From the sequence record DRR378314_818: DNA of 64,000 nt; one strand, 5' to 3'. The notes below the pieces were generated by a model. It was not told the DNA's origin, did not search any database, and saw only the letters and a list, made by a program, of their open reading frames with translations. Shown piece after piece: positions 1 to 8,140 of this stretch. The first letter of the stretch is position 1. Each line of letters starts with the position of its first letter. A program made the position numbers and the translations under genes.

Positions 1-29
1 TGCAGGTTCGAATCCTGCCGGGGTCGCCA
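1..29 (+). tRNA. 3' part of a tRNA (T arm, acceptor stem, CCA); probably tRNA-Arg, truncated by the window edge
   Basis: GCAGG-TTCGAAT-CCTGC T-arm followed by CGGGGTCGCCA; the anticodon lies outside the window, so the isotype is only a resemblance. Confidence 0.8.
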
Positions 30-169
30 GACTTTGCGCGAGCTTTCTGGCAGTGGTGAGGCGAACAAATGCCTTGCCCTTAAGAAGGTCTCGCAATAGG
101 TGACGCAGATCGAACAGCGGCACCCTGTCTGGCCTGACAAGGGCATTACCAGAGACCCGCAATCGCGCG

Positions 170-1672
170 ATGGAACTGAAAAACAGCATGACCAGCAACG
201 CCTTGAACTGGAAAACTTCGCTTCCCTATTTCATCACTGCACTGGTGATTTTCGTCGTGTGGGCGTGGCATCTGAATGACCTCGGGGTCGGCCACATCTA
301 TCATTATGATGAATTCTACACCTATGACCGCAGCACAGGGTTCGCCAGAAATGACGATTGGCTGGCTGTGTATTCGAACAATGCGCCCAGCCTGAAGAAG
401 CCGCCCATGCAATATTGGATGTCGGCGCTGCTGATGGAATTCGGGGTTGCTGACATTCTGGCCTTGCGATTGCCATCGATGATTTTTGCGCTGGGTGTTC
501 TGTTGGCGACTGCGGTGCTGGCGCGGGTCATGATCCCGCTAAGCCCTTGGGCCATGTTGCCCCCGGTTCTGATGGTGGCCAGTTCGCTGCAGTTCTGGCA
601 ACACGCCACCTCTGCGATGCTGGATATGGGGGCTGTATTTTTCTCGACCCTCAGCATCGCGGCATTGATCGTGGCGTTTGAAAGGCCAAAATACTGGCCC
701 CTATTCGGCGCAACCATCGTTTTGGCTGCGTTACAGAAAAGCCCGACACCGCTGGCCTTTCTTGCGTTGGCCTTTCTGACACTGAAGATAACCCGAAAAT
801 GGCAACCCGAACCGCCGATCGAAATCTGGCGAAACAAAAAGTTTCGGCGGATGCTGGCGATATCGGTCCCGCTGGCCTTTGCCTGGCCAATACTGCAGGA
901 ACTCCGCTTTCTTTTTGATGGCTCACTGGATGGCAACATCAAGGGCGAGATGCTGGACCGTTTTCGCCCGTCGCTCAGCGACCGGGGCTTGGGAAAGCTC
1001 TATGATCTGATCCTGGCAGGTGAGCCGTGGCTCCGTTTGATCGGCTTTGTCGGCCTTGGCGCGCTTCCCTTCCTGCAGAAACGCCCCAAGCTGTACGTTA
1101 CGACCGGAATAGCGGTATTTTTTGTCATCATGATGTGGGCTGCGTCGGGCAAAGTGTATGCAAGATACACGCTGCTTATCCTCCCGATGTTGATGGTTGG
1201 GGCAACAGGCCTGCTGTTTTCCGTCAAACGCCTGCAATGGGTTGGAATGGGCGTTGCGCTGGTTTTGTGCTTCTTCGCGGGCGGGCCGCTCAAGGATCGT
1301 GTGGCCACGGATCTTGGCCAGGGGCGCGTGCGTCTGGGTGTGCCTGAATCAGAACTCCTGAAGCCGCTTGGAGACATGCTGCAGCCTGATGAAACACTGC
1401 TGATCTGTGCAAGTGACCGAAAAATGCGAGTCCCGCCTGGTGCGGCGTCGGTTTATGCCTCAAACGGTCAGCGCTTCATTTACCTGCGCAGGCTGGAATT
1501 GCAGCGGTATCTGGAAAAATTCGACTACACGACCGGCCCGCTGCGGGGTCTTTGCACAATAGCCGAGCTTGAGCAGCTTGCGCCCGAATTTGATGGGCTT
1601 TCGACAGAACCAACAGCGGTCGAAGGTCTTGTCTACTGGTCGGCAACCGGGGTCAAAGCCGTTTCGGAATAG
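170..1672 (+). CDS. ArnT/PMT-family (GT-C) membrane glycosyltransferase
   Basis: Multi-TM 500 aa; N-terminal DE motif (HYDEFY), KKPP..YW, LRLPS, AMLD motifs typical of ArnT-like enzymes. Confidence 0.8.
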   Translation: MELKNSMTSNALNWKTSLPYFITALVIFVVWAWHLNDLGVGHIYHYDEFYTYDRSTGFARNDDWLAVYSNNAPSLKKPPMQYWMSALLMEFGVADILALRLPSMIFALGVLLATAVLARVMIPLSPWAMLPPVLMVASSLQFWQHATSAMLDMGAVFFSTLSIAALIVAFERPKYWPLFGATIVLAALQKSPTPLAFLALAFLTLKITRKWQPEPPIEIWRNKKFRRMLAISVPLAFAWPILQELRFLFDGSLDGNIKGEMLDRFRPSLSDRGLGKLYDLILAGEPWLRLIGFVGLGALPFLQKRPKLYVTTGIAVFFVIMMWAASGKVYARYTLLILPMLMVGATGLLFSVKRLQWVGMGVALVLCFFAGGPLKDRVATDLGQGRVRLGVPESELLKPLGDMLQPDETLLICASDRKMRVPPGAASVYASNGQRFIYLRRLELQRYLEKFDYTTGPLRGLCTIAELEQLAPEFDGLSTEPTAVEGLVYWSATGVKAVSE

Positions 1673-1873
1673 ACAAGTCGGCGCAGGCTTTGGTGGACGG
1701 TTGATATCGATCCGCTTGTCACAGCCAATGCACGGCGTCCGAACCGGTTGCTAGGCTGCGCAGGGATTCCGCAAAGTTGCGCTGATCATTGGCTTTCCTT
1801 GCGGTCGCCACTTGAATTTTCACTGACGATCAATCAAAAGCCCATGTGACTGACTCAACAAGAGTTTATTTCA

Positions 1874-2635
1874 ATGCGTGCAGAATCCGATGCCAGTGCT
1901 GATAGCCGACCCGCTGTTTCGGTTGTGATTCCGATGCACAATGAACAAGGTGCGGTGCCCGATCTTGTGAAAGGGATCTGCGACGCGGCATCCGACCTGC
2001 CCGATTTCGAGATCATCGCGGTGGATGATGGGTCGACCGACGGAACCTATGAGGCGCTTAAGTCAATGCAGGCGGATTGCCCGCAGTTGCGCATTCTCCA
2101 GCATAAAACGGCCGGGGGTCAAAGCGCGGCGGTGCATTCTGGGGTCAAGGCTGCGCGGGCAGATATCTGCTGTACGCTTGACGGGGACGGTCAGAACCCT
2201 CCGGCAGAGCTGCCAAAGATTTGGGCCCCTCTGGTCTCGGGCGATGATGCGAGTGTTGGTCTTGTGGCGGGACAACGGGTTGGCCGGAAAGATACCGCGT
2301 CAAAAAAGCTCGCCTCGCGTTTTGCGAATGCCTTGCGCGGCTGGATGCTGAAGGACGGCACCCGTGATACGGGTTGCGGGTTCAAAGCGTTTCGAACGCA
2401 AGCTTTTCTTGATCTTCCATTTTTCAACCATATGCACCGATATCTGCCAGCGCTTTTCAAAGCCTACGGTTGGAATGTGGCGCTGGTTGACGTGGCGCAT
2501 CAGCAGCGTATGACAGGCCAGTCAAAATACACCAATTTCGGGCGGGCTATTGTTGGCATTTGGGATCTGTTCGGCGTCGTCTGGCTGACCCGACGCGCCA
2601 AATCCGTTTCGGCAACCGAGGCGAATCGGCCGTGA
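1874..2635 (+). CDS. GT2 polyprenyl-phosphate glycosyltransferase (ArnC/DPM-synthase-like)
   Basis: SVVIPMHNE, VDDGSTDGT, TLDGDGQNPP, DTGCGFKAF, HRYLPAL, G.SKY motifs. Confidence 0.9.
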   Translation: MRAESDASADSRPAVSVVIPMHNEQGAVPDLVKGICDAASDLPDFEIIAVDDGSTDGTYEALKSMQADCPQLRILQHKTAGGQSAAVHSGVKAARADICCTLDGDGQNPPAELPKIWAPLVSGDDASVGLVAGQRVGRKDTASKKLASRFANALRGWMLKDGTRDTGCGFKAFRTQAFLDLPFFNHMHRYLPALFKAYGWNVALVDVAHQQRMTGQSKYTNFGRAIVGIWDLFGVVWLTRRAKSVSATEANRP

Positions 2636-2931
2636 AAGAAACCATTCTCGAAATTCTGCACGTCGACAGCCCGACCGAGGCCCTGTGGGTATTCATCGGT
2701 TTGGCCGGGCAGCTGATGTTCAGCGCCCGCTTCATTGTTCAGTGGATCACGTCCGAACGCGCCAAGAAATCGGTCATACCGTTGGCGTTCTGGTATCTTT
2801 CCATAGGCGGTGGACTTATTTTGCTCAGCTACGCGATCTATCGCCGTGATCCGGTGTTTATTTTGGGTCAGTCGATGGGTTTGTCGATCTACCTGCGCAA
2901 CATCTTCCTGATCCGCGCCGAGAAGCGCTGA
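2632..2931 (+). CDS. Lipid A biosynthesis N-terminal domain (LAB_N) membrane protein
   Basis: GQLMFSARFIVQWITSERAKKSVIPLAFWYLS...DPVFILGQ; GTG start overlaps the GT2 stop (GTGA at 2632-2635). Confidence 0.85.
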   Translation: MKETILEILHVDSPTEALWVFIGLAGQLMFSARFIVQWITSERAKKSVIPLAFWYLSIGGGLILLSYAIYRRDPVFILGQSMGLSIYLRNIFLIRAEKR

Positions 2932-3103
2932 TCCGGTCCTAAAACGCCCAATTTGATCCTTCGCCAGACCAGGTCGACTGCCCCGTTCAGCGGGGCCACA
3001 GTTGACCGGTGGGTTGTGTGAATAACCCGTTCTTGTTTCTGAGATTTTTATGCTAGTATCGCGCGAATAGATTTTTGCATTTTGTTTTCGGAGGTCGTTT
3101 CCC

Positions 3104-3739
3104 TTGCCCGACACCTCACACCGGCAGTTCAAACTGCGCCCCATGGAAAAGGCGGATCTTGAGATTGTGGCCCGCTGGTTTCAGGATGTTCGTGATCTTG
3201 CCCTGTTCGACAGGACCACGCGTATTCCACAGAATTTGATGCAAACCGAACATGCGTGGGACGATGCCGTTGGTGTCTCGGGCAGAAATGAAAGATGTTG
3301 GTTCGTGATTGAAAGCGATGATCGCGAAACTGTCGGGGTGGTCGGGCTCGAATCAATATCGCCTTTCAACCGGGATGCGGTAATTCCGGTATTTGTTGAA
3401 AAATCGTTGCGACGTCAGGGTGTGGCCGTGCGGGCAGTCGCCCTGATGTTGGATTTTGCATTCCAGCAATTGGGGCTGAACCGGATCACGTCGTATTATC
3501 GGTCTGACAATCACGGCAGCCGTGATTTGATCAGTCGACTGGGCTGTCAGGTTGAAGGCACCTTAAGGCAGGCCTGGTTTGCTGACGGGCAGTTTCACGA
3601 CATGGTCGTCGTCGGGATACTGCAACAGGACTGGGCAGAACGACGGGAAGCGCTTGCACAGGAACTGGACCGTGAAATCGTAGTCAGCTTTGGCGCGACA
3701 GGCTGGTCCTGGCCGCCTGAAAGCAATGCTGACTCATGA
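3104..3739 (+). CDS. GNAT N-acetyltransferase, RimJ/RimL-like
   Basis: LRPMEKADL, RRQGVA acetyl-CoA motif, FQQLGLNRI, EGTLRQ, DMVVVGILQQDW. Confidence 0.85.
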   Translation: MPDTSHRQFKLRPMEKADLEIVARWFQDVRDLALFDRTTRIPQNLMQTEHAWDDAVGVSGRNERCWFVIESDDRETVGVVGLESISPFNRDAVIPVFVEKSLRRQGVAVRAVALMLDFAFQQLGLNRITSYYRSDNHGSRDLISRLGCQVEGTLRQAWFADGQFHDMVVVGILQQDWAERREALAQELDREIVVSFGATGWSWPPESNADS

Positions 3740-3808
3740 AATGACGCGAAATTTGTTTGAAACTTTGTTAAAACGCTCTCGTCGGCCTCGACGAGACCAC
3801 GCAATTGA

Positions 3809-5587
3809 GTGCTATCAGTGAAAACGACCGGTTCGGACCCATCAATTAAACAAAAGCTTGGGGCGGTGCTATTTGCCGATGTTGTCGGCTATTCCCGCCT
3901 GATGAGTGAAAATGAGATGGACACGTACAATGCGTTGAAATCTCTTCTGTCCCAACTTGAGGGCATCTGCATAAAATATCAGGGCAAGATCATCGAGGTG
4001 CGCGGTGACGGCATTCTTGCCCTGTTTGATACCGCCACCAGCGCGGTTGAATTCAGCATCGAACTGCACCGGATCGCGGCAGAGCATAATCAGACGCGGC
4101 TGGACGGTCAGCAGATCAAGTTCCGCGCAGGCGTGCACATGGGCGAAGTGCTGATGGATGAACGCGGTATCCACGGCGATAACGTCAACATCGCCGCCCG
4201 CCTGCAAGAGATTGCCGAGCCTGAGCGGGTGTATGTCAGCGCAGCCGTCTATGAGCAGATCCGCAATCGCCTGCGCTATGGCTATGAATTTCTTGGGCCA
4301 AAGCAGCTTAAAAATATCCTGTCCCCTGTAGCCACTTACTGTGTCCGAACCGAGGTTGAAGGTGCCACAATGGCCGCAACCTTGCGCCCCGAAATGCAGT
4401 TGGAGGTGCTGGAACGGCCCGATATCCCTTCGGTCGCTGTGCTGCCGTTCGCCAGCCAGGGCGGGGGTGAGGATGATAGTTGGGTTGCCGAAGGGTTGAC
4501 CGATGACATCATCATGAACCTGTCGAAATTCCGGAACCTGTTCATCATTGCCCGGAATTCATCCTTCTTCTTCAAGACCCAGTCGATGTCCCCGCAAGAG
4601 GCGGCCCGGCGTCTGAATGTGCGTTATATCGCGCGCGGCAGTGTTCGTCGTTCGTCCAGCCGGATCCGGATCACCGCCGAGCTGATCGATGCAAATTCTG
4701 AGCGTACAATCTGGGGCGAAAGGTTCGACCGCAAGCTCGACGATGTCTTCGACATTCTGGATGAAGTGACCGAATGTATCGTCGCGGCCACTGCGGTGAT
4801 GATCGAGTCGCACGAGAAACAGCGCATGGTGCAGTCGATCCCGTCAGACTTGCAGGCCTATGGCTCTGTCCTGCAGGGGCAGCATCATATCTTCAAATAC
4901 ACGCGCAATGATAACCGCAAGGCGCAGCATTGCTACGAATCTGCACTGGAACGTGACGGTGGATATGCAAGGGCTGCAGCGGCCTTGTCGCGCACGCTCA
5001 ACATCGATTGGCGCTATTCCTGGACCGAAGATCCGGGCAGCGCGCTGGACAAGGCGCTCTCGCTGGCCCAACGCGCCGTGGAGCTCGACCCCACAGATGC
5101 GCGCGGGTTTGGAGAGCTGGGCTATGTCCAACTGTACCGGAAAGAGCATGACGCGGCGATCGAATCCTACAAGCGCGCCTTGCAGTTGAACCCCAATGAC
5201 GCGGATATGCACTCTGACTACGCCGATGCGCTGGCCCATTGGGGCGACAACGAAACCGCGATTCAACACCTGCAACAGGCGATGCGCCTGAACCCTTATT
5301 TCCCCGATCAGTACCTCTGGCATCTGGGCGGGGCCTATTACAACCTCAAGCGCTATGACGATGTGATCTCTTGCGTGAACAAGATGAACAACCCCACCGA
5401 AGGGCAGCGGGTGCTGGCCGCCAGCTATGCCCATAAGGGCGAGTTGGATATGGCGCGTCAAATCGCCGACAAACATCGCGCGGTCCATCCGAATTTTTCC
5501 CTGTCGCGCTGGGCGAAGGTTCAACCGGATCGCCTGTCCGATGACACACAGCATTTTGTTGAGGGGTTGAAGAAAGCCGGGTTCTGA
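3809..5587 (+). CDS. Class III nucleotide cyclase with TolB-N-like and TPR domains
   Basis: FADVVGYS, GDG, FRAGVHMGEV, GDNVNIAARLQ; PSVAVLPF; C-terminal TPRs (ALQLNPNDAD, AMRLNPY). Confidence 0.9.
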   Translation: MLSVKTTGSDPSIKQKLGAVLFADVVGYSRLMSENEMDTYNALKSLLSQLEGICIKYQGKIIEVRGDGILALFDTATSAVEFSIELHRIAAEHNQTRLDGQQIKFRAGVHMGEVLMDERGIHGDNVNIAARLQEIAEPERVYVSAAVYEQIRNRLRYGYEFLGPKQLKNILSPVATYCVRTEVEGATMAATLRPEMQLEVLERPDIPSVAVLPFASQGGGEDDSWVAEGLTDDIIMNLSKFRNLFIIARNSSFFFKTQSMSPQEAARRLNVRYIARGSVRRSSSRIRITAELIDANSERTIWGERFDRKLDDVFDILDEVTECIVAATAVMIESHEKQRMVQSIPSDLQAYGSVLQGQHHIFKYTRNDNRKAQHCYESALERDGGYARAAAALSRTLNIDWRYSWTEDPGSALDKALSLAQRAVELDPTDARGFGELGYVQLYRKEHDAAIESYKRALQLNPNDADMHSDYADALAHWGDNETAIQHLQQAMRLNPYFPDQYLWHLGGAYYNLKRYDDVISCVNKMNNPTEGQRVLAASYAHKGELDMARQIADKHRAVHPNFSLSRWAKVQPDRLSDDTQHFVEGLKKAGF

Positions 5588-5972
5588 GAACAAGAACGGG
5601 AGTCGATTTCGCCGCAGCTTTTCATCTGTCGTCGTGTCCGGTGCAACGACGCGCGGTCTGGAGTTCAATATGATATGGCCACTAAGTTGCCGCTCGCTGC
5701 AAGTACAAAGCCATCTGCTAAAGCTCAAGTCGTCACTGAAACCCAATGCCAATGAACCCACCTATCGAGCCCCGATGCAGACATTCGGAAATACGAAGGG
5801 ATCCTATTTGTAGAAGTTCAGCGCTGCCTGCGACAAAGCGGACAACAACGCGAAGACCGCAGCGGCTTTGGAATAGTACTTCGCTCGGTTTGGCACTTCC
5901 ACAACCGACGAAGACAGCCAGCAAAATGCAGACATTATGGCCCAACCGGGCATAGCTGCTTTCAAGGTCAAT

Positions 5973-6206
5973 TCAATCACTTCTTGCACCCTTATTGTGA
6001 CGTCCTGAAACGAGCCACTTCTGGACTGACTGGGCAAGCGACCCCATGAATGGATCAGTGAACAACGGCTCTGAGGCTCCATCTGGGGTGAACTCGTAAA
6101 AGGCGTCTGACTCATCGGTATCCCATGTTCCGATGGTCTGACCTTCCTTAGTCACAACGTCACTGTTCTCCAAAAAATTGATCGGATACTTGTATTCGTC
6201 AGTCAT
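5973..6206 (-). CDS. Small acidic hypothetical protein (77 aa)
   Basis: ORF with a strong RBS (TAAGGAG) upstream of the ATG; low-GC block. Confidence 0.6.
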   Translation of the reverse strand: MTDEYKYPINFLENSDVVTKEGQTIGTWDTDESDAFYEFTPDGASEPLFTDPFMGSLAQSVQKWLVSGRHNKGARSD

Positions 6207-6228
6207 GCTTGCTCCTTATTGTGAATTT

Positions 6229-6501
6229 CTACCAATCCGATTTTCGGACCTTAGCATCGTGTAAAATTGCCCAGATATAGGAGGGTCCTCGAACGATGTT
6301 TCGCATAACACCAGGACCCTCTAGCGGCACTAATGCATAGACTTTAGCGAAGTCGCTCTTACCTAAACAGTAGTCGGTGCGGCTTGGGGTAAAAACGTCA
6401 CCAGAAATTGAGTAGGTAAATGGTTTGCCAGATTTGGTTCTGAATTCGCATCCCGCCAATGAGCGAAGCCGTTCCCAAACATCATCGAATTTTGGCTTCA
6501 T
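6229..6501 (-). CDS. Small hypothetical protein (90 aa)
   Basis: Globular-looking composition (EFRTKSGKPFTY...RGPSYIWAILHD); co-oriented and tightly spaced with its neighbours. Confidence 0.6.
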   Translation of the reverse strand: MKPKFDDVWERLRSLAGCEFRTKSGKPFTYSISGDVFTPSRTDYCLGKSDFAKVYALVPLEGPGVMRNIVRGPSYIWAILHDAKVRKSDW

Positions 6502-6504
6502 AGA

Positions 6505-6675
6505 CTACCATACACGCCATAAAATTAAGGTTAGCAGGCAAACTTTGACGATATCAAAAACCGTCTTGGCATTATCAGCACTCACCATCGTAGACGTTAT
6601 CGCGTCGCAGGAATTGGTCACGATCTGATTGATAATCGAGGTTTGTTGCTCTCTACTCAGGTCATCGTCACGCAT
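6505..6675 (-). CDS. Small 56-aa protein with a C-terminal hydrophobic segment (not in the ORF track)
   Basis: Read by hand: MRDDDLSREQQTSIINQIVTNSCDAITSTMVSADNAKTVFDIVKVCLLTLILWRVW*; very strong RBS AGGAGGAGGAG; stop 3 nt before the next ATG. Confidence 0.6.
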   Translation of the reverse strand: MRDDDLSREQQTSIINQIVTNSCDAITSTMVSADNAKTVFDIVKVCLLTLILWRVW

Positions 6676-7096
6676 GGCTCCTCCTCCTATTCCCAGTCTA
6701 CAGATTGAACAACTTGCGCCCCATTGACACAGTTGCCGCGGGCATCTTCATCGCTTTTTGACATTCTAGAGACCGGCTAATAACCTGTCGAATGAAGGTT
6801 TCTAAGTTGGAAATCACTTAGCTTTCATTCTCAATCAACAGTACACAACCTTTAAGTTAGTGGCGCCTCCACTCAAAGTCCTTTGAATAGAGGCTTTTCG
6901 AAGAGTTGTTGTTAAGTTTTTAGCAAATGATCTATTTTGTTAAATCACCTAATTCCTTAAATTTAGAGATATGATGAACGACGGCTCGGGGCTCAATGCA
7001 GGCATAAAGTCGCTGCTGTCCACACACTTGCACGTATGTGATCAGCAACACTTGTCATACGAGGCTTAGCTCAAAAGCGCCTTGTCTCAACGGGTC

Positions 7097-8005
7097 CTAT
7101 TCGCCGCGCGCCTTTGCACCGGACACTTTAGCCCCACTGACTTTGGCTCCGGACACCTTGGCGCCACTGACTTTCGCACCAGATACCTTGGCTCCGCTGA
7201 CCTTGGCCCCGGATACCTTGGCACCGCTGACCATCGGGGCGTCGTATTCGAAATAGACGTCCAACAGCACTTCTTCGATCTGGCCGGCCGCAATATCCAT
7301 GCGGAGGGTGTAATCAGCCTGATCGTAGTTCCAGACACGAATATCGCTGGCAATCTGGTAGTCCGCCGCAGCCACGCCCGAGACCGATGGGTTCATCGGT
7401 GCGCGCGCGGTTTGTTGCGTGGTATCCTCTCCGGCTTTGTCCAGCTTGAACCCGTAGGGCAGGTTGCCGCCGGTGGCACTTTCGCCGTGGCCGTGGACCA
7501 GAAAGATCGTCGGTTCGGGCATCTCGTAATAGGTGCCGTCGTAGGCGAAGCCGTAAATCCGAGCCAGCCGCGCATCGCCTCCGAGCTGGTCGCCGATAAA
7601 ATTATTTACGCCGCGACCCCTCCTGCGGTCATCCTGTTCGATGAACAGCTGATCTTTGTGGCTGTTTGCGGTCTGCTGCCAATAGGTATTTTTGAACTGG
7701 CGGCCCCGGCGAATGTAGACAAACGAGTCGTGTGAGACTTTCTTGCGCTTATCGAATTTGAACTCTCTACCGGATTTGACCACCTTGTAGATGCCTGAAT
7801 GCGCGTTGGCTGATGCGCCCACCTGAACGAGAACCCGGTCGTCTTCGCGGACAACAACACCGTCGATCTTCAGGAAGGTGTTATTCAGCTCAGCTTCGGT
7901 TGCAAGCTCTTCCGCCAAACGGACCGAACGCTGTTTCAGTTTAAGATCGCTTAACTCTCGCCCGAACAATAATACCTCGGAAAAACTGAGTAAGGACTCA
8001 GACAT
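7097..8005 (-). CDS. 302-aa protein with C-terminal (VSGAK)x8 tail; candidate YcaO/TfuA substrate or precursor
   Basis: RBS AGGGAGAAAG; last co-oriented gene after ycaO-tfuA-protease; the repeat varies only at synonymous positions. Confidence 0.8.
   Translation of the reverse strand: MSESLLSFSEVLLFGRELSDLKLKQRSVRLAEELATEAELNNTFLKIDGVVVREDDRVLVQVGASANAHSGIYKVVKSGREFKFDKRKKVSHDSFVYIRRGRQFKNTYWQQTANSHKDQLFIEQDDRRRGRGVNNFIGDQLGGDARLARIYGFAYDGTYYEMPEPTIFLVHGHGESATGGNLPYGFKLDKAGEDTTQQTARAPMNPSVSGVAAADYQIASDIRVWNYDQADYTLRMDIAAGQIEEVLLDVYFEYDAPMVSGAKVSGAKVSGAKVSGAKVSGAKVSGAKVSGAKVSGAKARGE
7112..7231 (-). repeat. Eight tandem 15-bp units encoding VSGAK
   Basis: Units on the + strand start at 7112, 7127, 7142, 7157, 7172, 7187, 7202 and 7217; all differences between units are synonymous. 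Confidence 0.97.
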
Positions 8006-8140
8006 ATCACTTTCTCCCTATCGGGGGCGGCGGAGCCTAGGGCAACGCCTGTCCCAGTTTGCGCATTCCTTGCGCTTCGATTGTCAAATTATCACCCCGT
8101 GTGCATAACCTGCCATAATAGCGGGGCAAAAACAAAGACT

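Noticed and set aside
7112-7231. Repeat as a CRISPR array or non-coding VNTR
   Set aside because: No spacers, 15-bp in-frame period, and only synonymous variation in the minus-strand ORF.
7112-7231. Classical pentapeptide-repeat (A-D/N-L-x-x) beta-helix protein
   Set aside because: AKVSG loosely fits and eight units would give two coils, so it is not fully excluded. But Lys and Val at positions 2-3 and total invariance are atypical, so it was not used as the primary call.
7038-7735. Plus-strand ORFs with (DTLAP/LTLAP) or GHLG-type repeats
   Set aside because: Antisense shadows of the VSGAK gene; their repeats vary in amino acid sequence while VSGAK does not.
8056-8087. Sigma70 promoter for the repeat-protein gene
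   Set aside because: A perfect TTGACA is present on the minus strand (8087-8082), but no convincing -10 at 16-18 nt spacing.
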